This document shows, piece by piece, positions 19,896 through 29,653 of a DNA stretch of 64,000 bases. Source of the stretch: Candidatus Omnitrophota bacterium (GTDB lineage: Bacteria > Omnitrophota > Gorgyraeia > Zapsychrales > JAHFFX01); assembly GCA_023247705.1 (NCBI GenBank), contig JAHFFY010000006.1, positions 6,623-70,622 on the forward strand, given 5' to 3'. Position 1 is the first letter of the stretch. The number at the start of each line of letters is the position of its first letter. The notes beneath the pieces were generated by a model, which was given only the letters and a program-made list of their open reading frames with translations, had not been told where the DNA came from and searched no databases. A program made the position numbers and the translations under genes.

Positions 19896-21227
19896 TTGAG
19901 TTTGAGCGCTGTCTGGTCGAGATTAATTGATTTAAAGATTGTTTCAAACAGGTTTTTTATTTGCGGCGTAATTTTTGTGGTTTGTTTGCTGGGCTATAGT
20001 AATAGTTTAAATAACGGTTTCATGCTGGATGACCACGTGATTCTTTTTGGAGAACAAGGGGTCTCCAACAAATCGTTAGTAAAGCTTTTTACGGAACCTC
20101 AGCATTTGTTTTACCGACCGGTCGGCCATTTATTTTTGATGGCCAGTTATGATGTCTTCGGCCATTGCGAAGCGGCGTATCATTGGGCTAATCTTTTATT
20201 GTTTTCCGGCGTCGGTATTTTGTTCTTTTATATCACCTATAGTTTATTTCAAAACACTGCCTTGGCGTGGTTGACCGCTCTTTTATACTGCGTCCATCCC
20301 ATCAACAGCATGCTGGTGAATTATGTGACGGTTACGGTTATTACGACGTTCGTTTTAACCGTGCAGGCGAGTTTTTTGTTGTTTATTAAGTATCTGGATC
20401 ATGACAATAAAGCTTTATATTATGGGAGTATTCTGTTTTTTGTTTTGAGCCTGTTTTCCCATGAGGCCAGCCTGGTTTATCCGTTGTATCTGGTTGGTGT
20501 ACTGTATTTTTTAAGACAGGCTTCTTTGAAAAGGATTGTCGGCCTCTGTTGGCCCTATGCGTTTTTGTCCGTCTTGTATTTTTTGTTCCGGCTGGAATTT
20601 TTCAGTTTGAAAGCGATTGTGACGGCCGTCGCGAAGGTATCGCCTTTATTTAGTGTATATATTTCTTCTGTTTCCAATTTAATTGGCTGGTATTTTTCCA
20701 AATTGATTTTTCCAAAAGGCATCTTGTTTCTTTGGACCGGTCAATGGGACGAAAAAGGATTGTTGCTGGCGGTTCCTAAATTTTTTGCTGTTTTGCTGGT
20801 TGTGGGTTGGTTGATTTTTAGATATTGGAAAGATAGAAAAGCTTTTGCGTTAGCGGTCTTTGTCATCGGTTTTATTCCGGCATTCTGGGCGACTTACGCG
20901 CATTTTCCATTCACCGATCCGTTTATCGAGCCTCATTGGTTTTATTTTTCCTCGTTCGGTTTTTTTTTATTGCTGGCCGACGGGATTTTGAGCCTCAAAG
21001 GTAAAATCAATGGGAAGGTTTGGGGGGTGATCTTATTGGTTGTTTTTGGCTGGAACCTTTTTTTTCTCCGGCAGAACAATGTTCAATGGAAGAGCCAGGA
21101 AAGTTATTGCCGTTACTGGATTAGCTTAAATCAGGGCAATATGACACCGTTTTATGGATTGGGCAAGGCGCTATTGGCCAAAGGGGATTATCCGGCGGCT
21201 TTGGAATTATTCGAGAAAGGCATGTAG
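19896..21227 (+). CDS. Polytopic membrane protein with C-terminal TPRs, TMTC/PMT-like (DUF1736-like), truncated by an in-frame TAG
   Basis: About 11 TM helices. Loop-1 motif NSLNNGFMLDD resembles the Fx(x)DD motif of TMTC/GT-C enzymes. TPR repeats begin about 40 aa before the stop. Confidence 0.6.
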   Translation: MSLSAVWSRLIDLKIVSNRFFICGVIFVVCLLGYSNSLNNGFMLDDHVILFGEQGVSNKSLVKLFTEPQHLFYRPVGHLFLMASYDVFGHCEAAYHWANLLLFSGVGILFFYITYSLFQNTALAWLTALLYCVHPINSMLVNYVTVTVITTFVLTVQASFLLFIKYLDHDNKALYYGSILFFVLSLFSHEASLVYPLYLVGVLYFLRQASLKRIVGLCWPYAFLSVLYFLFRLEFFSLKAIVTAVAKVSPLFSVYISSVSNLIGWYFSKLIFPKGILFLWTGQWDEKGLLLAVPKFFAVLLVVGWLIFRYWKDRKAFALAVFVIGFIPAFWATYAHFPFTDPFIEPHWFYFSSFGFFLLLADGILSLKGKINGKVWGVILLVVFGWNLFFLRQNNVQWKSQESYCRYWISLNQGNMTPFYGLGKALLAKGDYPAALELFEKGM

Positions 21228-21482
21228 GTCTCGACGTATAACGCAGCGTATATCATCAGCGATATCGGTTATGCATATTTTTTGAACGGTAATTTTTCCA
21301 AAGCCAGAGAGTTTTATGACAAAGCCATGGAAGATGCTCCGGAATATTCGGTGACGTATTATTACTTAGGATTGCTTTATTTAAAAGAAAACAAAATGGG
21401 CAAAGCCAAAAAGGCTTTTTCTTGGGCGCGCGAGATATATCCGAAAGACCCGCGTTATCAAGAATATCTGGCACGACTCTAA
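21228..21482 (+). other. In-frame continuation (TPR repeats) of the preceding gene after an amber codon
   Basis: Same reading frame as 19896..21227. A TPR unit spans the TAG (..ALELFEKGM*VSTYNAAYIISDIGYAYFLNGNFSKAREFYDKAMED..). TAG is a genuine stop elsewhere in the window, for example at glpK. Confidence 0.55.
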
Positions 21483-21505
21483 AAAAGCGATTATAATTTC
21501 CTCTT

Positions 21506-23113
21506 ATGAGTAAATTCATTTTCATTACCGGCGGTGTCGTTTCAAGCTTGGGCAAAGGGATTGCGGCTGCGTCAATCGGCAAATTGCTGGAAGCCAGAGG
21601 TCTTGCCACGACCTTGATTAAATGCGATCCGTATTTGAATGTTGATCCCGGCACCATGAATCCCTACCAGCACGGCGAAGTTTATGTGACCGATGATGGA
21701 GCGGAAACCGATTTGGACCTCGGCCACTACGAACGCTTCACCAATGCCCGGGTGAGTCATGACAATAATATTACGACCGGAAAAATATATTATTCGGTCA
21801 TTATGAAGGAACGCAGAGGTGATTATCTGGGAAAGACCGTCCAGATTATTCCTCATATCACGGATGAGATTAAACGCAGTATCCGTAAAGTCGCTAAAGA
21901 CCGGGACGTCGACATTACGATCGTTGAGATCGGCGGGACGGTTGGCGACATTGAAAGCCTTCCATTTCTCGAGGCCATTAGACAAATGCGCTGGGAATTG
22001 GGCGTCGGTTACGCCCTGAATATCCATGTCACGCTTCTTCCTTACATCAAATCCGCTGGAGAACAAAAGACCAAGCCCACCCAGCACAGCGTCGGCCGTT
22101 TAAGAGAAATCGGAATTATTCCTGATATTTTGCTGTGCCGGACCGAGAAACATATTTCTAAAGAAGAAAGAGAAAAGATCGCTCTTTTCTGCAACGTTGA
22201 CAAAGAAGCAGTCATTGAGGCCAGCGATGTCAAACATATTTATGAAGTACCGTTGGCTTTAAAAAAAGAGAGTCTGGATGACCTGATTCTCAAACGGCTG
22301 AATATCAAGAGCGAAGAGAAAGATTTGAAAGAATGGGAAGATGTGGTCGTGAAGCGTTTACGCAATCCTCAAAAAGAGGTCAACATCGCGGTCGTCGGTA
22401 AATACATCACTTTACCTGATGCTTATAAATCCATTTATGAAGCCCTGGTTCATGGAGGAATCGCCAACAATGCGCGCGTAAATATTCTTAAAATCGATTC
22501 TGAAGATCTGGAAGGCAAAAATCTGGATAAACAGCTAAAGGGGATTGACGGGATGCTCATTCCCGGCGGATTCGGCGCAAGAGGCATTATGGGAAAGGTC
22601 AATGCGGTTAAATATGCCAGAGAAAAGAAAATTCCATTCCTGGGCATTTGTTTGGGAATGCAGATCGCCACGATCGAATTCGCAAAAAATGTTTGTGGCT
22701 TGAAGGATGCCAATTCAACCGAGTTTGACAAAGAGACCAAAGACCCGGTCATTAGCCTGCTCGAAGAACAAAAACATGTCAAAGACATGGGCGCTACAAT
22801 GCGCTTAGGCGCTTTCTCCTGTCAGCTGCAGAAAGATTCGCACAGTTTTCAGGCTTATAAAAAAGAAAATATCTCGGAACGTCACCGTCACCGCTATGAA
22901 TTTAATAACGTGTATCGAGAGATGTTTGAGAAGGCTGGCCTTATTTTTTCCGGAATCAACACTCAAAAAGATTTAGTCGAGATCGTTGAACTCAAATCCC
23001 ACCCTTGGTTTGTCGCATGTCAGTTTCATCCGGAATTCCAATCCAAACCGGAACGCGCCCATCCGCTGTTTCGTCATTTCATTAAAGCCGCTTTAGCGAA
23101 TCAAGGTAAATAA
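21506..23113 (+). CDS. pyrG: CTP synthase
   Basis: N-terminal synthase domain ([15 protein letters not shown]) and C-terminal GATase (GICLGMQ). Confidence 0.92.
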   Translation: MSKFIFITGGVVSSLGKGIAAASIGKLLEARGLATTLIKCDPYLNVDPGTMNPYQHGEVYVTDDGAETDLDLGHYERFTNARVSHDNNITTGKIYYSVIMKERRGDYLGKTVQIIPHITDEIKRSIRKVAKDRDVDITIVEIGGTVGDIESLPFLEAIRQMRWELGVGYALNIHVTLLPYIKSAGEQKTKPTQHSVGRLREIGIIPDILLCRTEKHISKEEREKIALFCNVDKEAVIEASDVKHIYEVPLALKKESLDDLILKRLNIKSEEKDLKEWEDVVVKRLRNPQKEVNIAVVGKYITLPDAYKSIYEALVHGGIANNARVNILKIDSEDLEGKNLDKQLKGIDGMLIPGGFGARGIMGKVNAVKYAREKKIPFLGICLGMQIATIEFAKNVCGLKDANSTEFDKETKDPVISLLEEQKHVKDMGATMRLGAFSCQLQKDSHSFQAYKKENISERHRHRYEFNNVYREMFEKAGLIFSGINTQKDLVEIVELKSHPWFVACQFHPEFQSKPERAHPLFRHFIKAALANQGK

Positions 23114-23375
23114 TTTTTAAGAGTCCTGGAATTTGTAAAAAATTAACCAGATGTTTTCTTTTGAGTTAAGCGGTGCAAGGGTTTGAATCGGGGGAAAAGT
23201 TGGATTGAAATTTAATCGATTCTGTATATAATAGGTCGTTATGCGCGGGTGGTCTTCTTCGCGCCGTGATAAGAAATTGATAGTAAGCGCTTCGAAGCAC
23301 CGTTGGTCTTGAGCTAGGAAGAGTGAAGCTACTATGAAGTCTTACTATTGTTTTAATGATTAGAGACGAAATAGA

Positions 23376-23457
23376 GCGCGGGTGGCGGAATTGGTATACG
23401 CGCACGTTTGAGGGGCGTGTGGGGTAACCCGTGAGAGTTCAAGTCTCTCCCCGCGCA
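23376..23457 (+). tRNA. tRNA-Leu, anticodon GAG, type II with long variable arm
   Basis: Cloverleaf folded by hand. Acceptor GCGCGGG/CCCGCGC. 3-bp D stem. Anticodon stem CACGT/GCGTG with loop TTGAGGG. Variable hairpin GGGG-TAA-CCC. T arm GAGAG-TTCAAGT-CTCTC. Discriminator A. No CCA is encoded. Confidence 0.8.
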
Positions 23458-23636
23458 TTTGATTGACGATGCGAAGGGTTCTCCCGCATTTTCTGGATTT
23501 GTGTTGTTGTATGCGGGACCTCGCTTCAAGAAATATTATTTATTATAATTAGAAAAGGCGGGGAAGTCTTTCCCCGCGTATTTATTGATATGAGGGGGCA
23601 AAATACCCCCTTGTTTATCCCTTCATATTTCTGCAT

Positions 23637-24372
23637 GAAAACATACTTTTTCTTATCTTTAAAAATTTTCAAAAAAAGTTTTTCTTTTTATTTTGATCAT
23701 TTAATATTTTTTACGAAATTGGCGACCGGACTTTGTCTGCCCTGGTCCGTCATTTTTGTTTTGCTTTTTTTTTCAGGATTAAAAGAAGAACCTCTTCTGG
23801 TTGTCCTGAGAATTTTTACTTGGGTGGCTTTGATTTTGATCTTTGTGTTGTATATTGCGGTGGTTAAATCGATCGAACGGCTGGAGCAAGGTGAGAAGAA
23901 AAGTGTTTTATCTTGTTATCGGGAGGCGATCAAGTTATTGCCTGCCTTTCTCAAAGTGCTGGGCTGGCTGGTCCTTAAAATTTTTTTGTGGGTGCTGCTG
24001 TTGCTTGTTCCCGGTTTTATCTTTGGATGTTTTTACTCTTTTTCCTTGTTAGCGTTTCTTATTCATCAGAAAAAGGGAAAAGAAGCGCTTATTCATAGTC
24101 AATCTTTAATCAAACCTAATCTGGGACGGTTCATCGTAGCGTGTTCGGTGATATCAATTGTGATGCAGATTGTCTGGCTATTAATTATATTCTGGGCCGA
24201 CAGGGCGTATGGTATTCCATTATTTTCTAAGAATTTACTTAAGCTGATTGTGAATATCTCATTGATTAATTTATTTACAGTTATTATTAACATTTTGCCG
24301 GTTGTTTTTTCTGTTTTTCTTTATCGAGCGTTTTGCCAGGAAAAGGAAAGTATTAATCCGAATCTTACATAA
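23637..24372 (+). CDS. Hypothetical polytopic membrane protein
   Basis: About 6 TM segments. Start moved to the ATG at 23637, because the track start lies inside a terminator-like hairpin. Confidence 0.45.
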
Positions 24373-24426
24373 AGCGCAGAGGGATGGTTAATTTTATTTA
24401 CAATTTAATTTCTAAAGGAGTGGAAG

Positions 24427-25131
24427 ATGCGTCGAGATATTCTGGTTAGCGCGAGCATTCTTTGCGCTGATTTTCTACAATTAGACAAGGAAATAAAAAA
24501 AAGCGAGGCGGCCGGATGTGATATGCTCCATGTCGATGTGATGGATGGACATTTTGTCCCTAACATTACGATCGGCCAGGTGATCATTCAGGCCATTCGG
24601 CCTATAACGAAACTTCCTATTGAAGTGCATCTTATGATTGAGAATCCTTGGCTTTATATTGATTCGTTTATTGACGCAGGCGCGGATGTTATTTCTATCC
24701 ATGCTGAATGTTACGGGCAACGGAGAGTTTCTTGTCTGGATTTAGGGAAGTTTCCCAAGGAAGTTGATTCGATAAACTTGGAAAAGGCTAAAGCGGATAT
24801 ATTGAAAATTAAACAAATGGGGAAGAAGGCTTTTATGGCGGTTAATCCAGGAACGCCAATGTGTTTGGACCGTTTATTGAAAGATTTGGATGGTGTTTTA
24901 ATTATGTCGGTTAATCCGGGTTTTGTTAAACAAAAATTTATACCGGAGGTTTTATCTAAAGTTCAGGAAGTGAGGAAAAAGTTTTCAGGAGATATTGTCA
25001 TTGATGGCGGGATTAATGCTGTGACCGCCAAACCAGCGGTTAAAGCAGGGGCGAATATCCTTGTGACCGCCAGTTATTTCTTTTCGGCTGTCGATCCGCA
25101 AGGGGCGGTAAAAGTCTTGAAAGAAGGGTAG
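24427..25131 (+). CDS. rpe: Ribulose-phosphate 3-epimerase
   Basis: ILCADFLQLDKEIKKSEAAGCDMLHVDVMDGHFVPNITIG matches the Rpe signature. The protein is slightly long (234 aa) and has an insert. Confidence 0.85.
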   Translation: MRRDILVSASILCADFLQLDKEIKKSEAAGCDMLHVDVMDGHFVPNITIGQVIIQAIRPITKLPIEVHLMIENPWLYIDSFIDAGADVISIHAECYGQRRVSCLDLGKFPKEVDSINLEKAKADILKIKQMGKKAFMAVNPGTPMCLDRLLKDLDGVLIMSVNPGFVKQKFIPEVLSKVQEVRKKFSGDIVIDGGINAVTAKPAVKAGANILVTASYFFSAVDPQGAVKVLKEG

Positions 25132-25346
25132 AACCTGTTCGAGATAATAAGCTTATAAATATCATTAATTGAAAATATTATTTCACCGTGTTATACTTTA
25201 ACTGCTTCAAATCAAAATTTATAATTTTAGGATTTGACCCAACCCGTGATTGAAATTGAATCCAATGTTCAATTAATCATAAACGATTTTTTTGATAGAC
25301 AACTGAGGTTGTATTTTATTGGACAAAAATCGGGGTCAATATTCTC

Positions 25347-28148
25347 ATGATTATTAAACCCACCAATTCTAAAAATCTGCGTAAAATTGGGCAAACAGCA
25401 ATAGAATATCTTTTATTATTATGTTTGGTCGCTGGTGTGGTCCTTGCCTCTTTTAACGCGTTAGTCCCTCGAGCACAAGTAGCATCCGGTCAATTTTATA
25501 ATAAAGCTGCAGAAAGTATTATGGGAGCTCCTCCGGTTATTCCTTGTATGGCTGATGGGACTTGTAGCGCCACACCACCTACTTCCTGCGGTTTGATCAA
25601 TAGCGGTTTTGACAATTGCGGTCGTATCTGTCAGATCGCGTCAAAACCCTGTTGTGCTCCCGTCGGCTGTCTTGCCGGTGATTGCGGCCTGAAGGATGAT
25701 GGGTGTGGAACACAGATTAACTGCGGTCCATGTTGTATGCCTGTTGGTTGTTTACCGGGAGAATGTGGACTCATACCTGATGATGGATGTGGTAATCCTA
25801 TTGATTGCGGTCCTTGTTGTCTTATTCCCAGTTGTTTACCTGGAGAGTGTGGGATGAAATTTAATCCATGTACCGGGGCTAATGATATTGATTGTGGGAT
25901 ATGTTGTTCTCCGAGTGGATGTTTACCAAGCGAGTGCGGTCTTAAAGATAATGGTTGTGGCGTACAGATCAATTGTGGGACATGTTGTGCTCCGGTTGGC
26001 TGCTTAACAGGTGAATGCGGGACTAAGGATGATGGTTGCGGGACGATTATCGATTGCGGCGCTTGTATTCCTCCTGGATGTGGCGCGACACCGGTTTTCA
26101 CCAATGCGACGGTTCAACTCGGAGGATCGAATCATGGAGATACGCGAGATGTCATATGTGATCCGGGTTATGTGGGGACATCCGTGACCATTATTTGTGA
26201 CGCAGGGACTTGGGTCGGAGCTGGACCAAGTTGTTTGAGTCCTAATGATTGTGCTGGAGGATCAATTCAGATCGGGATCGGGGTTACCGGAATATTTCCT
26301 CCTACGAGACATGGAGATACCGTTACATTCGTATGTCCAGCAGGGTTTACTGGAAGTCCGTGGATGCTGTGTATGTTTGGATCATGGCAGACCTTGATTG
26401 GTGCTTGTGATCCTATTCCATCTTCTTGCTCTGCGGGAGTTGTCCCCATCGGATCAGGTATTTTGGGTGCCGTCCCGGTCACAATACATAATGATACTGT
26501 TTCGTTTAATTGTCCAACAGGATATACAGGGAGTCCAACGGTAAGATGCAACAATGGAACTTGGGAAGTTGTCCTAGGGGCTTGTGATTTAATTCCGGCT
26601 GAGTGTCCGGCATTTGTTGTTTCTCTAGCAGGAGGAGGTACAGTGACTTTTCCTTCGACTCCTTCGGGCCAGACCGTAACAATGACTTGTCCAGCGGGAT
26701 ATCTAGGATCGTTATCCAGTAATTGTTTTTCTGGTTCTTGGAATCCTATTCTTGGAGCCTGTGATATTTCCTTTGCTGATTGTCCTGTATGGGTGATTGA
26801 TTTAGGAGGAGGAAAAACATTGACTTTTCCGTCTACGCCCCCAGGAAATACCGTCACGGTCAATTGCCCTATAGGGTTTAGTGGCGCTATGTCCAGCACC
26901 TGTAGCTTTGGCGTGTGGGGCAGTATTTTGGGAGGGTGTAATATTGCATTTCCGAATTGTCTTTCTTTTCTGGTTCCTATAGGCGGGGGAAATCAGGCAA
27001 CTTTCCCAGATACCCCTTCTGGTCAAACCGCCATCATTTTTTGTCCATCAGGGTTCTCTGGACAATTAACTAATATTTGTTTTGCTGGCGCTTGGGGGAT
27101 AACTTTAGGGTCATGCGCTCCGATTATCCCTGGTTCATGTTCTGGATTTACAGTTACCTTGTCAGGTGGAGAAACTGTGACCTTCCCAAACGCCATTGAC
27201 GGGCAGACTCTAACCGCCCCATGCCCTCCCAATTATAGCGGAACATTGTCCAATACTTGTAGTTTAGGATCGTGGGGGCCTATGGTGGGAGCGTGTACGC
27301 CTCTTCCCATTGATGGGGGTTGGTGTTGGAATTTGTGGGGGGACTGTTCTGCTGGTTGCGGTCTTCCGGGAACACAAACGCGAACGGTAATTGGTTGTAA
27401 TTGTCCGACTCCATCCAATGGTGGAGCGTTTTGTTCCGGCCCATCGACTGAGACACAGGCTTGTATAGGTTTATGTTCTGCCCCTGTAGATGGCGGATGG
27501 TGTTGGTCTAATTGGAGTACCTGCTCTGCGGGTTGTGGAGGAACAGGGACACAGACAAGAACAGCAACTGGTTGTGGATGTCCTGCTCCTGCTAATGGTG
27601 GAGCATCTTGTTCTGGTGCAACGTCTGAGACGCAGAGTTGCAGCACTCCTCCTTGTACTTGTACGGGTCCTGTTCCATCAAACGCAAATATTTGTTCGGG
27701 TGATGATATCGGACTGATGGTGGATACACCTTATTCCGTTGTGATGACGTGTGGCGCACCAAAATGTGAATACACTTGTAAGCCGGGTTTTATTCCGGAT
27801 GGTGCGACTTGTCGACTTCCGGGTTGCGTTGGCCCGATACCAGGAAATGCTACAATTTGTAGCGGAGATGATATTGGTGTGGCCGTAGATACTCCTAGAG
27901 TTATTGTTGGATTTTGTGGTCCAGTAAAATGTGAATATCTCTGCAATTCAGGTTTTGTTCCTTCCGGGACATCTTGTCGTATTCCTCAGTGTACCGGGGT
28001 CATCCCAAGTAATTCAAATTTATGTCCTGGAGACGATCTAGGTCTTCCATTCGATTCTCGCAATATTCTTGTTGGTGCCTGCGGCCCGGCAAAATGTGAA
28101 TATACATGTAAAGCAGGCTTTACTTTCAATGGAGCATCCTGTAATTAA
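25347..28148 (+). CDS. Large secreted Cys-rich protein with an Flp-pilin-type leader, tandem Cys repeats, Sushi/CCP-like modules and thrombospondin type-1 repeats
   Basis: The N-terminus (KIG/QTAIEYLLLLCLVAGVVLA) matches the class III prepilin motif G/xTAIEY. Five ~29-aa repeats of the form PCCxPxGCLxGECGxKDDGCGxxIDCG follow. About 7 modules have 4 Cys plus a conserved GxW (CPAGYxGSxxxxCxxGxWxxxxGAC). There are two WxxWxxCSAGCGxGTQTRT TSP1-like repeats and three C-terminal ~55-aa repeats. Confidence 0.75.
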   Translation: MIIKPTNSKNLRKIGQTAIEYLLLLCLVAGVVLASFNALVPRAQVASGQFYNKAAESIMGAPPVIPCMADGTCSATPPTSCGLINSGFDNCGRICQIASKPCCAPVGCLAGDCGLKDDGCGTQINCGPCCMPVGCLPGECGLIPDDGCGNPIDCGPCCLIPSCLPGECGMKFNPCTGANDIDCGICCSPSGCLPSECGLKDNGCGVQINCGTCCAPVGCLTGECGTKDDGCGTIIDCGACIPPGCGATPVFTNATVQLGGSNHGDTRDVICDPGYVGTSVTIICDAGTWVGAGPSCLSPNDCAGGSIQIGIGVTGIFPPTRHGDTVTFVCPAGFTGSPWMLCMFGSWQTLIGACDPIPSSCSAGVVPIGSGILGAVPVTIHNDTVSFNCPTGYTGSPTVRCNNGTWEVVLGACDLIPAECPAFVVSLAGGGTVTFPSTPSGQTVTMTCPAGYLGSLSSNCFSGSWNPILGACDISFADCPVWVIDLGGGKTLTFPSTPPGNTVTVNCPIGFSGAMSSTCSFGVWGSILGGCNIAFPNCLSFLVPIGGGNQATFPDTPSGQTAIIFCPSGFSGQLTNICFAGAWGITLGSCAPIIPGSCSGFTVTLSGGETVTFPNAIDGQTLTAPCPPNYSGTLSNTCSLGSWGPMVGACTPLPIDGGWCWNLWGDCSAGCGLPGTQTRTVIGCNCPTPSNGGAFCSGPSTETQACIGLCSAPVDGGWCWSNWSTCSAGCGGTGTQTRTATGCGCPAPANGGASCSGATSETQSCSTPPCTCTGPVPSNANICSGDDIGLMVDTPYSVVMTCGAPKCEYTCKPGFIPDGATCRLPGCVGPIPGNATICSGDDIGVAVDTPRVIVGFCGPVKCEYLCNSGFVPSGTSCRIPQCTGVIPSNSNLCPGDDLGLPFDSRNILVGACGPAKCEYTCKAGFTFNGASCN
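25647..26095 (+). repeat. Five tandem ~87-nt coding repeats (Cys-rich units)
   Basis: Read directly from the translation at aa ~101-240. Confidence 0.7.
27312..27660 (+). repeat. Two tandem TSP1-like coding repeats
   Basis: GGWCWNLWGDCSAGCGLPGTQTRT.. and GGWCWSNWSTCSAGCGGTGTQTRT.. are seen directly in the translation. Confidence 0.7.
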
Positions 28149-28191
28149 TCATTTTTGAAAAATTAAATCTTTCAGATCGATTGATTAATCT

Positions 28192-28749
28192 ATGTTAAGA
28201 TTTTTCGGAACCAAAAAGGATCAATATTTAATCTTTGATCTTTTCTTTTTTCTTGCCTTTCTCTTCCTCGTCATCATTCCAATGATTTATCTGGGTTTTA
28301 CAGGAAAACAAATCGATAAACTACCGCGATGTGTAAAATATCTTAATAGTACATTTAAGTTATTTCCAAATCGAATCCCTTTTTGGTCGATTGTTTACAT
28401 GCAGGTTCAACTTCAAAAGGATGGGTCATGGATGACTTTAGTTGATGATCATTATTTTCAAGCGCCGCCTTTTGGTTATCGTTTGAGAATAAACCGGTTT
28501 TTTGAATTATTTTGGAAAGGGTCAAAAGCCAAGAATGCTCAATTGGAATTAGCTTTATGGATCGGGCAACGTTTTGAGGAGATCAATCATGTGACTCCGT
28601 ATATGGTGCGTTTATTGGTCGCTCAATATCTCCCTCGGGAGGAATGCCCCATCGGTTATTGGCAGAAACCCACTTTAGAATCTTTTCCAAAAGACAAAAT
28701 TATATTATTGGCAAGTTTTTTTTACGACACTCATGGACAAGTTGAATAA
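28192..28749 (+). CDS. Hypothetical membrane-anchored protein (upstream partner of the HTTM gene)
   Basis: 185 aa with one N-terminal TM segment. Overlaps the next gene by 17 nt. Confidence 0.4.
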   Translation: MLRFFGTKKDQYLIFDLFFFLAFLFLVIIPMIYLGFTGKQIDKLPRCVKYLNSTFKLFPNRIPFWSIVYMQVQLQKDGSWMTLVDDHYFQAPPFGYRLRINRFFELFWKGSKAKNAQLELALWIGQRFEEINHVTPYMVRLLVAQYLPREECPIGYWQKPTLESFPKDKIILLASFFYDTHGQVE

Positions 28750-29653
28750 AATATTGGATGTTGTCCTTAAATTTTGTTTAGCTCCGAGTGATCCTATCAA
28801 GTTAGATTCTTTGAGACTGTCTTTAGGGATTACGTTAATTCTTTATTTTGCTAAGTGGTGGGAGCATGCTGGAGAATGGTTGACATCGTCAGGATATCAT
28901 GTTTCCGCCAAGGTGTATGAAAATGTGCCTATTCTTCCGCCTTTAAATCCGGAATTCTTGCCGTGGTTTGGCATTATTTTCTGGTGCAGTTTGATCCTTT
29001 GGACATTAGGTTGGAAGACCAAAATAACCAACTGGTTAGTTTTGGCAGGGGTATCCTATGTTACGTTCGTGGATGTTTTGATGGCTTATACGATTAATAA
29101 ATATTGTGTATTGGCATTAATTTGCATGAGTCTTGCTCCGGCAGGGGAATACTGGAGTATTTCTCCTAAGAAGTTTTCTCGCGGTCCCTCTGTTTGGCCT
29201 ATTCGGGTATTGCAGTCTTTTGTGATTGTGCAGTATTTTTTTGCCGGGTGGAATAAATGCTTTTTGGGAGGGGACTGGTTAAAATATCCAGATGTGTTGT
29301 GGTCTCAGGTGCAGGGATTTTATGTAACAGATTTTACGGCTTGGCTAATAAGCGTTATGCCTAAAGAAGGGTGGACCTTTATGCAGTACGACGCTTTAAG
29401 TTTTGAGCTTTTGTCGCCGTTTCTTTTTTTGATCAAACGATTACGGCCGATTGGATTTGTCTGGGGATTGGGGTTTCAAATCGTCGTGGCATCAACAATG
29501 CACATGTTAATTTATTTCAGTTTACAGATGCTGTGTTTTTATCTGCTTTTTTTCGATGATAAGACTCTGCATGAGATAAGATTTTTTATTCTTAAAACCT
29601 TCAAAGAAATTAAACAAGAATTATCTTATTCTTTCCGTTGGTTTCTGACATAG
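28733..29653 (+). CDS. HTTM-domain (vitamin K-dependent gamma-carboxylase-like) membrane protein, tentative
   Basis: The N-terminal motif DPIKLDSLRLSLGITLILYF resembles the HTTM signature D..SLA.FRI..G. There are 4-5 TM helices with conserved W/Y/P residues. Length is 306 aa. Confidence 0.45.
   Translation: MDKLNKILDVVLKFCLAPSDPIKLDSLRLSLGITLILYFAKWWEHAGEWLTSSGYHVSAKVYENVPILPPLNPEFLPWFGIIFWCSLILWTLGWKTKITNWLVLAGVSYVTFVDVLMAYTINKYCVLALICMSLAPAGEYWSISPKKFSRGPSVWPIRVLQSFVIVQYFFAGWNKCFLGGDWLKYPDVLWSQVQGFYVTDFTAWLISVMPKEGWTFMQYDALSFELLSPFLFLIKRLRPIGFVWGLGFQIVVASTMHMLIYFSLQMLCFYLLFFDDKTLHEIRFFILKTFKEIKQELSYSFRWFLT

Noticed and set aside
19896-21482. TAG at 21225 as a reassigned sense codon
   Set aside because: TAG is used as the terminator of glpK (11188-11190) and other confidently called genes in this window. 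Global reassignment is therefore not supported.
23166-23405. 79-aa minus-strand ORF over the tRNA-Leu region
   Set aside because: It overlaps a clearly folding tRNA and hairpin-rich non-coding DNA.
25631-27646. Long antisense ORFs (157, 210, 137 aa and others) inside the Cys-rich gene
   Set aside because: They are the reverse complement of Cys/Gly-codon repeats and give Pro/Gln/His-rich low-complexity translations with no start context. The + strand ORF is 933 aa with clear domain signatures.
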